In this document: one piece after another, positions 26,552 through 39,928 of the stretch
How the letters are laid out: each line of letters starts with the position of its first letter
How positions within the stretch are numbered: position 1 is the first letter of the stretch
Source: Octopus sinensis
Taxonomy: Eukaryota
NCBI RefSeq assembly: GCF_006345805.1
Contig: NC_043004.1
Coordinates: forward strand, 100,626,001 to 100,690,000
Reading direction: 5' to 3'
Length of the DNA: 64,000 nucleotides
The notes under the pieces: generated by a model
What the model was told of the DNA's origin: nothing
Database searches by the model: none
Seen by the model: the letters and a program-made list of their open reading frames with translations, nothing else
Program-made: the position numbers and the translations under genes

Positions 26552-27110
26552 AACCAATCGTTGTTTATGGATGATCCATTTGGAAACAATGAGGTTCAGA
26601 TGAATTCTTCAATAAAATTTGCTCATTGATTTAGCAATGACGCAAGATGGAATTTGTGGTAACGGTGTCTATGTATAATGTGACTAAAATTAAAGGAAAG
26701 GCGGTGTCAGCAGTTAGGGACAGTATTACATGGCAGTGTAATAATGAAGAATATTGAGAAGAACGGATATAAGTACCTCGCAAAACTAGGAATTCACTCC
26801 ACCGTGAAATCTGAAATGAAGGATGAAGACTGAAATGAAAGATACCAGAGGAATCCCAAATCAATGTTAAAGAAATACTTAAATGAAGGAATAATAATAT
26901 TACCATAAAGTATTGCTAGTATCAGCAATGAGATTCCGAGCAGGAATATACCAAGGGAATAAGGATGAATTCCAGAACGTAAACAGAGGAATACTGAGAC
27001 CTAAGTCAGTTCATGAAGTATTTCGCCAAAACTAATTATCATGAGTTTATCTGTCCAGGAAAACTTGTAGAAGAGATTTGATAATTCGCAAGAAGAGGAT
27101 ATGAACCGAA
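26552..27110 (+). mobile_element. Old, heavily degraded R4/Dong-like RT/thumb remnant
   Basis: NQSLFMDD (26552), MEF, GYKYLAKLGI, MRFRAGIYQGNKDEFQNVNR and VYLSRKTCRRDLI match the LFMDDLKL, GMEFG, YKYLG, MRYGAG..W.K.EL and RLY.PR..GGRGL motif order. Confidence 0.7.
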
Positions 27111-28952
27111 GACATCAATCTGCTAACAGTTCACAATGTCGTTGGTCGGTATGACAGAGACTATAAACTAAGTACATTCATAATAATGAACACAAGAAAA
27201 TTAGAATTAAAGAAAAAGTGACAAGACGGAGGGGGAAAATAATCTACAGACATCTGCCGTGCCAAAAAAGACATTAGATGTGATCTCAGGTCGTTTACAC
27301 AATAGCACACACAAGACTGCACTAAGTGAGCTTGTCACCGACTAAGTCGATGATTGGCCTTAATACATTCAAGGCATTTTGTTTGCTTATTGAATATTTA
27401 TCCAGGCTTCAGTGTAGTAGAACCCTTCAAATTGATGTATGAGTACTCTGCCAATCTGATCATTGAACTAATGTCTACCGGCGAAAGGTATGCGGTACCA
27501 CGTCTAGACCTAGCCAACCCTCTTGATCTTCAAATACTGTGCTAATCGTTAAACCTTCTGTTACGCAGTTTCCAGCGACATCACCAGAGCTCAATCTCGT
27601 CAAAAAAAAAAAAGAAATATGATCGTCATCATGAAAGCAACGAGATGAACTCAGGACTCCTAGTTTACATCAAAATGCGTCAAAGTACACACAAGAGGGA
27701 ATCTAAGGTTAAAAAAAAAAAACAGAATGGAATTGTTCAGAAATTGCTGTTGAGTCACTCCGCAAAGGCCGTGTCAAGTCAAATAATGCAAACACGACAG
27801 GACCCTATGTAACATATCCTACGCCAATGACTTCAATATCCATGTAGATGATGCATGAGCATCCAATAATCTTGCGCATCATACCGTTTCTAGTCAGCTG
27901 TATGACGCTATCGCGGGCAAATCCGAGCAACCAACAAATTAAAACATGGGCTAAATAAGAGGAGTAGGGAGTTCATATTGAGAAAAGGGATTCCGAACTC
28001 GATGTTGGATTAACATTAACTTTGAGATATAGAGGTTTTATTAGATATATTTGTTCGATTTTTAAAATTGCACATGATCTGAGTTCAAACCGGTGAAAAC
28101 CAGGCTGGTTTTTGTCTTTTAAATTGTTTTTTTTTTAATTTAGTACGAAAGGAGTGATCACAATTAATTGTGGACAATTAATCATTTTATAAATTTATAA
28201 CGTAAATCATAAGTTGGCAGAAATTATATGAATAACTAAAGTTTATTTTATGTTCAGCACAATCTCCAGCAATACTCAGAAGTATTGCACTGGTGTTAAA
28301 TAAACAAATCAATATATTTCGCTGACCTTTTGAGCTTTCGCAACTATCGCGAACATATATGACCAAAAGCGAGGCAACTGCTACTTCCAGTCTATCAGTT
28401 GTATTGCCACAGCATCAGAGGATAATCAGGACATCATACAAGATTGACTGATGCAGCACACGAGCACTGACATCACCACGAACATGCAGCAATACCGGAA
28501 GCACAAAGTTAACGACTATGTTACTGCCCCTGGAATCTCACAGGATGGAGTAAGTGTGTCTGACGCCGATGTCATAACCACAGCCAGATAGATAGGATTT
28601 GATATTGCATTATATACTAAGGTTGGCTAATCAGTACAGTTACTAACCTATCCTGCCTTCTTAAGTCTCCTCATCCTAACAGCCCATGCTTCGTATCTTT
28701 CTAATGTATCTAAGTATTTCAATGTTGTAACCAGTGTTTAGATATCGATTTTGTTAGTTCATGCTTGCTTATAGTCTGCCCAAGGAAAATATATAAAGAA
28801 ACATGGTCACTTAAGGGAGAGAATGGACAGAGCTATGAGAGTCGGATGGAATACCACACGATATTCTTTCCGGTTATACGCATTCACAGTTCATATTTCA
28901 TCACGTTCTACCTCAGTGGTGGTCTTTTACGGTCTCTCGGTTTAACATATAT

Positions 28953-29351
28953 CTTTACTCTTTTACTCTTTTACTTGTTTCAGTCATTTGACTGAGGCCA
29001 TGCTGGAGCACCGCCTTTAGTCGAGCAAATCGACCCCGGGACTTATTCTTTGTAAGCCCAGTACTTATTCTATCGGTCTCTTTTGCCGAACCGCTAAGTG
29101 ACGGGGACGTAAACACACAAGCATCGGTTGTCAAGCAATGCTAGGGGGACAAACACACACACACACATATATATATATACATATATACGACAGACTTCTT
29201 TCATTTTCCGTCTACCAAATCTACTCACAAGGCATTGGTCGGCCCGGGGCTATAGCAGAAGACACTTGCCCAAGATGCCACGCAGTGGGACTGAACCCGG
29301 AACCATGTGGTTGGTTAGCAAGCTACTTACCACACAGCCACTCCTGCGCCT
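28953..29351 (-). mobile_element. SINE family A, full length
   Basis: Near-consensus copy with a (TACTCTT)n tail. Confidence 0.92.
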
Positions 29352-29462
29352 ATATAATATATATATATATATATATGTGCATCAGCATGGCCGCAGCTCT
29401 GAGCTGAAACTAGAAAATATATATATATATATATATATATAGATATAGATAGATAGATAGAT

Positions 29463-29529
<67 letters not shown>

Positions 29530-29577
29530 TGTTTGTATATGTTTGTGTATACATAAGTATATATGTATGTATAAATG

Positions 29578-29775
29578 TGATTAAAAACAGAGGAAAAGAC
29601 AAGGAAAACAACAATATGAGGACGTAGCACATGTAAAGTTTTAATAAGACGCTCAGACAAGGAAAAGAGTTGTTAATTTACTTTTTGAGCATAGCTCTTA
29701 TTCGGAAAAGGAAACATAGGAAAATCCAAAGAAAAAGAAAAAAGAAGTCCACTTGTAGTTACAGTTTGGAGGAAT
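29578..29775 (-). mobile_element. Decayed copy of the hammerhead-bearing short element family
   Basis: gaggacgtagcac..gacgctcagacaagg..tttactttttgagcatagctcttattcggaaa colinear with 41391-41598; ribozyme core broken. Confidence 0.6.
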
Positions 29776-29788
29776 GTATAAGGATGTG

Positions 29789-29823
<35 letters not shown>

Positions 29824-30349
29824 AGTAAAAGTGAAAGATAGGGAAATATATATATGTGTATATATATATAAGTATATGTTTATATATCTAAATATTTTCC
29901 TCTTTATGGATATATACGTAAGAATATATTTACGTATGTACGTACGTATGTATATGTGTATATATTTATGTATGTATGTATGCATGTATATTAAGACAGA
30001 CAATAAAAAAAAACATTCATGAGAGCGGAATAGTATGCATAGCTTTCACTTCATTTATAACCACCCACCTACCATCTCACTCCTATTTTCCGCGTCACAG
30101 CCATTCTCACCCCTGCAGCCCCACAACACCCATTATCTCTCCGGCATACGCATAACCGTAACAGACACATACCCGCCCTCCACACACACACACATACACA
30201 CACACACACACACACGCATACACATACACGCATATATGTACATACATGTGTATGTGTGCGTGTGCATATAAATATTTATGTCTGTTTAAAAGGGTATACG
30301 TACATATGCATACATACATATACATATAAATATATAATTATATGTACAT

Positions 30350-30422
<73 letters not shown>

Positions 30423-30618
30423 TATATTCACAAGCCATAACTGAAATTTAGAACGAAGGAAGCACGAAATGATGAAATGATCATTAAAAGACCCATTCCA
30501 GTCGTGATATAGAATTTCAATATATAAATATATACGTGCCTATACGCACTCTAACACGCACACACCTATATACACAGGCATACGAATATATATATATATA
30601 GTATATATATATATATTA

Positions 30619-30654
<36 letters not shown>

Positions 30655-30668
30655 ATATATATACATAA

Positions 30669-30725
<57 letters not shown>

Positions 30726-30908
30726 ATATTATATATACATATATATATATATCTATATATATATTATATTATATATAAATATATATATAATTATATATAT
30801 ATATTATATATATAATATATACATATATATATATATATAATATATATATATATACTATATATATATATATATATATATAACATATATATATATCATATAT
30901 ATATATAC

Positions 30909-30939
<31 letters not shown>

Positions 30940-30997
30940 TATATACTCATACATACATATACATATGTGTAGAGTTAAAGAATCATATATATATATC

Positions 30998-31030
<33 letters not shown>

Positions 31031-31126
31031 TATGTTATAATTGCGTTTGTTTGTCTATAATTGTTTATCTACATATACGTTTTATTTTTCTTCTGCGCGT
31101 GTGTGTGTATGTTTGTGTGTGTGTGT

Positions 31127-31197
<71 letters not shown>

Positions 31198-31724
31198 TGC
31201 ATGTTTATACTAACATATATATATTCAATAGTCTGAAAGTACGACCGTCCCCCCGTAACCATTTCCACCCAGTAATCCCTTCTACCAAGCAATACCGAAT
31301 GGGCTGCTTTGCTTCCCATCTGTAGAATAACTTGCATGGAACATACATCAAAATGACAGACGTTCTGACAATGATGTCTTAACTTGCTAGACGTTCCAGC
31401 GAAAGGAGGTTTAATGTGTTTTTTATGAATATTTTATTCAGTTATTGTTCTCCCTTCCATCCACCCATCCTTTATCTATATACACACACACTTATATACA
31501 TGTACACATACGTAAGCACACCTTCTCTTTCTCTCTTCTTTATTCAGACTTCTTTTTCTTCATCTCTTTCTCTATGTCTTTCTGTTTCTCGTTTGCTTAT
31601 CTAAGCCAAAAGTAATTAATGGTAGCACACCACTACAACAACCCTTGCCCAACCTCGTTCTCTTTCTCTCTCCTGGCATACACACTTGCGTACTTTGTTT
31701 CACTGTTTATATGTTTATGTAGAT

Positions 31725-31750
31725 AGATAGATAGATAGATAGATAGATAT

Positions 31751-31787
<37 letters not shown>

Positions 31788-31788
31788 C

Positions 31789-31847
<59 letters not shown>

Positions 31848-31904
31848 CAGATAGATAGATTGATAGATAGAAAGATAGATAGATTAGATAGATAGATAGC
31901 TAGC

Positions 31905-31988
<84 letters not shown>

Positions 31989-31990
31989 CA
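31725..31990. repeat. (GATA)n microsatellite
   Basis: Direct inspection. Confidence 0.95.
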
Positions 31991-32030
31991 GACGTAAATG
32001 TATGCATACATACATGTAGATCTATATTAG

Positions 32031-32083
<53 letters not shown>

Positions 32084-33076
32084 TGTGTGTATACATATAT
32101 ACATATATACATATATACATGCATACGTACATACGCATAGTCACACATTGTACAATATATTATTCCACAAAACTTTTCAGTCCTGAAAATCGTAAGATGA
32201 GACTGATAGTCACGAGTATATCGTGATTTTTCCAATTCCCGACTCTTCATTCATATATACAAAATATATACATACATGCACACACATACACACATATACA
32301 TAAGTTTGTGTGTCTGGCTGTGCATCTCAGTGAGATTGTCTGTGTATATGTGCACGTGAGCGTGTGTGTGTGTACATCAGTCTGAACGATTGGGGGACAA
32401 AATGCTCAATCTATGTAGGGGAGTGTGTTCGTTCGAAGCTAATTATTCGATTAATCATTCCGACGCCACCTAAACTGATCCAGCACCGTGTGATAGATAG
32501 AGAGCTCCGACAGCTTATATTTAGCACTGCATAATTTAATATGGCCTTTAAAAAAAGGAAAAAACGATAGGGTACATCACGAGGAAATTTAGCAGCTATA
32601 TGTAACATACCTCAATATAGAGCTCTACTTAACATCATCTTTATGTCTTCCAGGAAACAGAAAAGAACAAAAATGGGAATATCGAGATAGTATGAAAAAC
32701 ACTTAATGATCCTGAGTTGTTTTATGTTATGGTTTATCATCAGGTGCACTCTAAATAAGCTTTTCTGTGGGACTGTCGAATGGATGATTAGGTTCAATCT
32801 ACAGATTCATAGTTTTATGTATAGTAGGCCCTTGCCTAATCAGGGATCCTACTACAAAGACAAACCTTCAAAATACATGCAACTTAAACTGGAGGGTTCT
32901 CTATAGCAATTATCTGCCATACAGTATTTCTGGCAAGATATTTAGGTTTCCAATTCAGAGTTTTCGCTTTCCGGACAGATATTGTAATTAAAAAGGATCC
33001 ATTATTCCCAGTGATCACCATCTCATTTATTTCTATATCACTGCATACTATGCATTAAGTAAAGAGGGTTGTTACA

Positions 33077-33277
33077 TACGAGAGTGTGCTGGAAAGTTCC
33101 TGGTTTTAAGGGTTCTGCGAAAGGCCTGGCTGGAGTCCCAACTTTCTGAGTTCTTTTGCATGGCTTAGGCAAATAAGTGTGTGATTCTCAGAGGAGAATA
33201 TGTTGAATAAAGCCATAATAAACTGAGCCTTTATTTTCTTTTACCCCAAATCAGGAACATTTCAGCACTCACTCGTA
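33077..33277. mobile_element. Tc1/mariner-type MITE
   Basis: ~30-bp imperfect TIRs tacgagagtgtgctggaaagttcctggttt / aaatcaggaacatttcagcactcactcgta, TA ends; second copy inverted at 51327-51549. Confidence 0.8.
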
Positions 33278-33399
33278 TACTCTGCCTTCTAATCCGTTTG
33301 TGAATTCTCCTAGATTCTGGTGAAAAATATGCTGAAGGCGATGGCTCTCAATCTCAATGGCTCTCAATCACTTTTTGCTTACGGAATCCTTTGATTCTT

Positions 33400-33600
33400 G
33401 TTTTATTCAACTGGTCCTTTATAGTAATTTAATGTATATAAAAAAACATCCTAACGTATTTCTATTATTGAATATTATTTTTTTTAATTAAAATATTTTG
33501 TGCAATGTAGAACTATAAGCAATTTATTGCAGATAAATTTTAACAACAAATTCTTATACGGTCTCTCAAGGGTCGAATGAGCCCCGGCTGAGAACCACTA
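33400..33600 (+). mobile_element. hAT(Charlie)-like MITE 3' part
   Basis: Ends ggctgagaaccacta; aatttattgcagataaattttaacaacaaattcttatac homologous to 59776-60093. Confidence 0.55.
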
Positions 33601-34114
33601 GCGTAGATTTTAAGAGCAGCAGTTACTGTGTCCCTGAACATGGGTTTGATATCCCATGCCATCCCAACAGCAATGATTGGGACCAAAGTAGTGAGTTTAT
33701 TATTTTTGTTTGGATTGGGTTGGAAGTATATTATCTTAGGATGATAATATTGAAATATTCTTGACATTGTAATTGTTTGAGGGCGAATGCACAACCAGTG
33801 GTTGGCACTGAGATGAGGTCACACTGTTTTTGATATGATATTTCAGCAGTGTTTTGATGTATTGTTGTTTACTTCCTGCCTTCCCTGATGGAATAGACAT
33901 ACGATATAAAACATTCCAGTCGTGACTAATCGAACCTTTTCTTTCACGCATATTCTATTTAAGTGTATCGAGGACTACATCTGATAGATCCGAAATTAAA
34001 GCAGCACTATGTCATTTGCAGGAAACGTGACTGTTATTTGTAGAAAGTGCAGTGACTGGAAAATGCTCCCCTGTTGATTCGGACTGCGTGGCGATGTTGT
34101 CTCTGGAGCTTTAA

Positions 34115-34935
34115 CAGGGTTTTTTTTTCTTTTTGTTTTACCTATGGGTCCCTCTGATAACAATTTCATTCTTGTGGACCCCCATAGCCATTTGATGTTT
34201 AAAGACTAGTTTTATAGAGCCTTCTTTCAAAATTCCCATTTTTTTTATCACACATTAACTGGTATAGGTCTGTTTCTTGCAATACAGACCAATACATACA
34301 ACTATGGCAAACTTTTTTCATGGACCCTTAAAATAAAACCTCAGATCTTCAATTTGCTAGTTTGCTTGCATGGATCCCCTTTGATTGCTATTTTATTCTG
34401 TAGGACTTCTATCATCATTCAATGTTTAAAAACTAGTTTCGTAGAAACTTCTTTCAAAATTCCTGTTTTGTTTTCCACACATTAACTTGTGTAGGTTGAA
34501 CTATGTAAAATACTAGAGAAAGAAACCAAACTGTTTTTGCAGTGCATACCAATATATACATCTAAAGGAAAGCATTTTCAGTAGACTTTAAAATACTATA
34601 GTCGATCTTCAATTTACTATTTTGTTGTAGACTCCAAAACATCATATATAAAGAAACCAAACTGTTCTTTGCAGTGCATACCAATACATGCATCTAAAGG
34701 AAAAAAATTCAGTAAACTTTAAAATACTATAATCGATCCTCAATTTACTATTTTGTTGTGGACCCCAAAATATCATATATAAAGAAACCAAACTGTTCTT
34801 GCAATGCATACCAATACATACATCTAAAGGAAGAATTTTTCAGTAAACTTTAAAATACTATAGAGGATCCTCAATTTACTATTTTGTTGTGGACCCCAAA
34901 ACATCATATATATGGACCCCTGCTGAGAACCACTG
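34115..34935 (+). mobile_element. hAT-like non-autonomous element with an internal 131-bp tandem array (x3)
   Basis: aaagaaaccaaactg at 34519, 34650 and 34781; terminal gctgagaaccactg (34922-34935); 5' boundary uncertain. Confidence 0.6.
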
Positions 34936-34979
34936 AGTTAGGATAATATTCCATAATTGTAAGTATAGTTTTGTAGTAG

Positions 34980-35280
34980 ACTTGCAGATACGTCTTTTAT
35001 GCATTAGAATAATCTAATGACTACTGTTCTTAACATGGAATTGTAATAGTGCACTGAGTCTGCTGCAGATGTATCTGTGCAGCTGACTGCGTATATTTAC
35101 CTGCAGTTACGGAGTTTAAATGTTACTGTTCTTAGGATGGTGATGTAATAGGTTTCCGAGGACGTCGTTGATGCGTCTGGACAGCTGACAGCGTATTTAT
35201 ACTTTCAGTTACTGAGTTCAATGATTGCTATTTTTAGGATGGTCTTGTGGTAGAGATCGGATGATGTGTCTGGGTGATGA
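34980..35280. repeat. Diverged ~102-bp minisatellite (~3 copies)
   Basis: aatg.(c/t)tactgttctta..atgg at 35016, 35119 and 35220; cagctgac.gcgtat repeated at the same period. Confidence 0.7.
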
Positions 35281-36153
35281 AGCCTCTCTACACTCAGAAC
35301 TAAAATAGTTTTCTTTTCTCATTTTATAAGAAAAGCAAGGGAATGAGACTTGAGATAGTTATTTTCTATTTCGGTGTTTGAGTTTTTATTTTTAATTATT
35401 TTGAAGAAGACAAGTAGGACTCGAATTATTTTTTGAGTCACCATAACTGGTGAGAGACAGGGAGGAATGTGTATTCAAATCAGAGCCCTTTCCGAAATGC
35501 TTGCAGCACGCTCTCAATGGACAAGGGTCTAATTAAACTAGTAGCGGACTACTCCTGGTCTAAGAACAGGAAAAGTCCATCAAGAGGGCTTCACAAAATT
35601 TCTATCGAGTAAATTTCAGTCTCGAGTCTTTTGTCGCGTGAAGCTATAGCAGAAAACACTTACCCAGGGTGATGTGCAACGGAATTGAACTTGAAACCAC
35701 GTAGTTGCCGACGGACTTGAAACCACCTAGTTGTACACATTGATGTAAATAGCAGTATCTTTATTTTAATGCTTAGTAGGAAGGAGGATTGGTGTGGTTA
35801 TATACTTATAGTTCTAAGGTTCCCGTGAGCCTGCAGGAGGGCTGAGGAATTAGAGAAACTTGATACGGTTAGCGTCTAGTCTGAAATATTGTAGGTGAAA
35901 GGTGTGAGGGGTAAATATTAACTGGATAAGTGTTTATGAGGAATGTATGGTGGGAAGATAAGGTAAAGGTTCTGGTGGGTAACCAACTCCAGCTCGTGGC
36001 TTTTTATTCGTTTTCTATTGGTTTTATGTTCGTGCTATTGCTATTGTTGTTTAGTCTCGGATCAGTTTTGATGTTGTGTTCTTGATGCAACATCTATTGT
36101 TGTTGTTACTCGCTGCTGTTGCTACTGTTGGTGATGCCATTATTCCTGCTTAT

Positions 36154-36387
36154 AAGGCGGTGAGCTGGCAGAATCATTAGCACGCCGGGCGAAATGCTTA
36201 GCCGTATTTCGTCTGCCGCTACGTTCTGAGTTCAAATTCCGCCGAGGTCGACTTTGCTTTTCATCATTTCGGGGTCGATTAAATAAGTACCAGTTACGCA
36301 CTTGGGTCGATATAATCGTCTTAATCCGTTTTTCTGTCCTTGTTTGTCCCCTCTATGTTTAGCCCTTTGTGGGTAGTAAAGAAATAG
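36154..36387 (+). mobile_element. SINE family B-prime, full length, 14-bp TSD
   Basis: TTATTCCTGCTTAT at 36140-36153 and 36388-36401; head aaggcggtgagctggcagaa, B-box-like gagttcaaattcc. Confidence 0.93.
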
Positions 36388-36599
36388 TTATTCCTGCTTA
36401 TGCTTGTTATAGTTCTTAGTACCATTTTGTACTTGTTTTTCGTTGTTGTTGTCGGCGTCTTAGTAAAATATTATAGACTATTGTTACATTTAAGTTCAAA
36501 CAAACTTTTAATAATCTCTCCAGATATCAATAAAATAACTATCAGTTATATATGCCTGTGTCACTAGTGTTATGTACTTTAGTATTGGACAGTGGTTGT

Positions 36600-37287
36600 C
36601 AGTGGTGGTTCGTGTGTAGGAACTGCGGAACTGCAGAACCCCCTCGATATTATCGATTCCACTCGATATTATCGATAACATTCAATATAATGAGTCCTTT
36701 CTTCTTTAATTCTTTCCTTATAGTTGTACATTATATAATCCTTAAGCTTAATGTCAGTAGCCATCACCTAGTTTATGAAAAAAATGCAAAAATCCTTGTA
36801 GAGAACTGTGTGCTTCACAGTTGCAGCGACGCGGTGTTTGGTTGTTGTGGGTATGCTCACATGTCCGTGATAGGAAGCTTCACACTAGGGAGAGAAAGCA
36901 TTGCGTGAACGACAGTGCCGGGTGAAAAGTAGTGTTTCTTTTTGACTCCGCGTGTGTTGTGCTTAAAAACGTGTTTATATTCTTGAATGTGGTAAAGTGT
37001 AGAATTAGATTATTATCCTGCTTCCAGCTTCTGTGCTGCTGCCAGGATTTGAAAAATAGGGCACATTTTGTGATTTAGGGGTGATTTTTGAAAAACAAGA
37101 GAGAATTCGCGGCGGTGTTCAGTGAACAAATTAAACACTCTACTCGGCAGTGGCCAAAACGCGAACCGATCAAGTTTATGTATAAATTTTCTTTTTTATG
37201 TTTGTCACCTTTTACACAATATTAAAACAACAGTTTAACATTTTCTGAAGCAGCATCCCTACTAATTTTATCTGCGAGCCGCCACTG
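36600..37287. mobile_element. Non-autonomous hAT transposon, 688 bp
   Basis: TIRs CAGTGGTGGTTCG / CGAGCCGCCACTG; perfect 8-bp TSD GTGGTTGT at 36592-36599 and 37288-37295. Confidence 0.88.
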
Positions 37288-37520
37288 GTGGTTGTATATG
37301 CAACGTGATTTGTACGCTGTGTATAAAGGATGAAATTGCATAGAATAAAAGCTGCTGGTATCATAGTGTCGGATATTCATTATGTATGAGCTAAATGTAG
37401 TGTTACTTTATTGGGTAGTTAGTGTATATAATATGCTCTGTGTGCAGAGAGCGTAGTGTTTCATTCGTAATATTATAATGAATATAACATGCGGAGCATG
37501 GGGCTGTATCTAGCATCACC

Positions 37521-38090
37521 ATCTTAATGACTGTAGAACATTGCGGGGCCCTAGAATGGTTATTTTTGATTTAGTTAATATTGTTATTTAATGCTCGAAG
37601 GCGATGAGCTGGCAGAATCGTTAGCACACTGGGCAAGAATGTTTAACGGTATTTCGTTCGTCTTTAGGTTATGAGTTCGAATTCCGCCGCGTTCAATTTT
37701 GTCTTTCATTCTTTCGAGGAGCACTGGTGTTGATGTAATCAATTTGACCCACTTCCTCCTAAATAGCTGGACGTGTGCCAAAATTTGAAACTTATATTGA
37801 ATATATATTGAGCATAGGCTGCAAGTAGCAAGGATATCTTAATGACTGTAGAACACCGGGGGACCCTGGAATGGTTGTTTAGGCTTTTGTTGTTATTTAA
37901 TGCTCAAAGTCGGCGAACTTGCAGAATCGTTGGAGCGTTGAAAAAACACTTTTCGGTATTTCTTTCGACTATTTATGGTCTCAGTTCAAATCGAACCAGC
38001 GTCAAATTTCCATTTTATCGCTCTGGGCTCGATAAAATAAGGCATCAATGCAGTACAGAATCGGTTCTATTGTCCAACCCTTCTCTAAAA
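37521..38090 (+). repeat. Old tandem duplication (~315-bp unit) containing a SINE B and its upstream flank
   Basis: atcttaatgactgtagaaca at 37521 and 37836, each followed by gttatttaatgctc and a diverged B head. Confidence 0.75.
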
Positions 38091-38176
38091 AAATGCTAGC
38101 AACGGATGCGAATGGGGGGGGGGTTCAAACTCAAACACAAAGACACACACATACATATATATATATATACATTCAT

Positions 38177-38330
38177 ACAACGGGCTTCTTTCAGTTTCCG
38201 TCTACCAAATCCACTCACAAGGCTTTGGTAGGCCCGAGGCTATGGTAGAAAACACTTGCCCAAGGTGCCACGCAGTGGGACTCAAACCGGAAGAATTTGG
38301 TTGGGAACAAAACTTCTTACCGCACAGCCA
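38177..38330 (-). mobile_element. SINE family A 5' half
   Basis: gggcttctttcagtttccgtctaccaaatccactcacaaggc...cttaccgcacagcca. Confidence 0.85.
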
Positions 38331-38789
38331 CATACACACACACACACACACATATGTATATATATATTTATATATACACACATATATGTTTGTCTTGTAC
38401 TCTGTTTTTTCGTTGTTAAAAAAAGGTCCGTCTCCATGTTTGTTTTTACGTTTTCGTTTCTCGGTGAGTTCTACGTCTATTTGTGGTGTCCTGTACTCAC
38501 GTATATATATATTTATATATGCACGTATTATACATTTAGATGTAGGTACGTACATATATGTATGTATGTATGCATATATTTTATTTATTACACTATTGCA
38601 TGACTGAGCACCCTCGCGTCGTTTCGTTTTCCTTTCTGTTCCCAAGTTTATATATAGTATATATATATTAATATATATTATATACATATATATATATATA
38701 GATAATATATATATATATATAATATTTATATATAATATATATATATATATACATACCATATAGTATTAATATATATATATATAATATAT

Positions 38790-38889
38790 NNNNNNNNNNN
38801 NNNNNNNNNNNNNNNNNNNNNNNNNNNNNNNNNNNNNNNNNNNNNNNNNNNNNNNNNNNNNNNNNNNNNNNNNNNNNNNNNNNNNNNNN
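38790..38889. other. Assembly gap (100 N)
   Basis: Run of exactly 100 N. Confidence 1.
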
Positions 38890-39235
38890 GTTATTTAATT
38901 TAATCCTAAGGCTAATTAACAATAATTATTAACAATATTAAACGTTATTTAATTTAATCCTAAGGCTAATTGACGTTATTAATATTAAACGTTATTTATT
39001 TAATCTTAAGGCTAATTAGAAGATAGAGTATCTGAAAATTATTAACAATATTGAACATCATTAAACGTTATTTAATTTAATCTTAAGGCTAATTACAATA
39101 ATTATTACAATATTAAACATATTAAACGTTTTTAATTTAATCCTAAGGCTAATTTGACGGTATCAATATTAAACGTTATTAATTTAATCTTAGGCTAATT
39201 AGAAGATAGAGTATCTGGAAAATTATTATATCGAG
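38890..39235. repeat. AT-rich satellite, 6 core copies in a 3-unit higher-order repeat (~175 bp x2)
   Basis: Core aacgttatttaatttaatc(c/t)taaggctaatt with spacers in order a,b,c,a,b,c. Confidence 0.8.
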
Positions 39236-39703
39236 AACAGTTATTGAAAATGTAAACAAACCAAATGACGATCGCAACTTTAACTAAGATTGGGGCCTAA
39301 GTGAAAGATAAAATAGAATAATAATAAAATGAAATAGATGAAATTGATACTTAATTCAACAATGTGGTCTGGATTATTTTTTTGGTTTACGGGATTTTTT
39401 TCAGGAGAGATGCTTCTTTTTTCTTTCTTGCAGGAGATAACTTGATTCAGTTATTTTTGCACCATGTGCGTTTCGGTGAAAATGAAAATTACTGTGTATA
39501 TGTATATATTTATATATATATTTTTTAAAATATTTTTAACCAAAGTGTTGTAGTGATCTCTATGACTTAGAGTTTTACGTTTTGCAACTACAGTGGGTTA
39601 TTTCGCCGTTCTATGCAGACTTTTTCACAGAGCATATATATATATATGTATATGTGTGTGTGTGTGTGTGTGTGTTTGTGTGTGTATATGTTTGTGTGTT
39701 TGT

Positions 39704-39928
39704 GTTTGTTCCCTTAACATTGCTTGACAACTGATGCTGGTGTGTTTACGTCCCCGTCACTTAGCGGTTCGGCAAAAGAAACCGATAGAATAAGTACTGG
39801 GCTTACGAAGAATAAGTCCCGATTTGTTCGACTAAAGGCGGTGCTCCAGCATGGCCGCAGTCAAATGACTGCAACAAGTAAAAGAGTAAAAGAGTAAAAG
39901 AGTAAAAGTGTAAAAGAGTAAAAGAGTA
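39704..39928 (+). mobile_element. SINE family A 3' half with an expanded (GTAAAAGA)n tail
   Basis: ttgcttgacaactgatgctggtgtgtttacgtcccc...aagtaaaagagtaaaagagt. Confidence 0.88.

Noticed and set aside
27818-27860. YANDFNIHVDD resembling the APE GDFNIHVD motif
   Set aside because: Single short motif followed by a stop; no neighbouring APE motifs found
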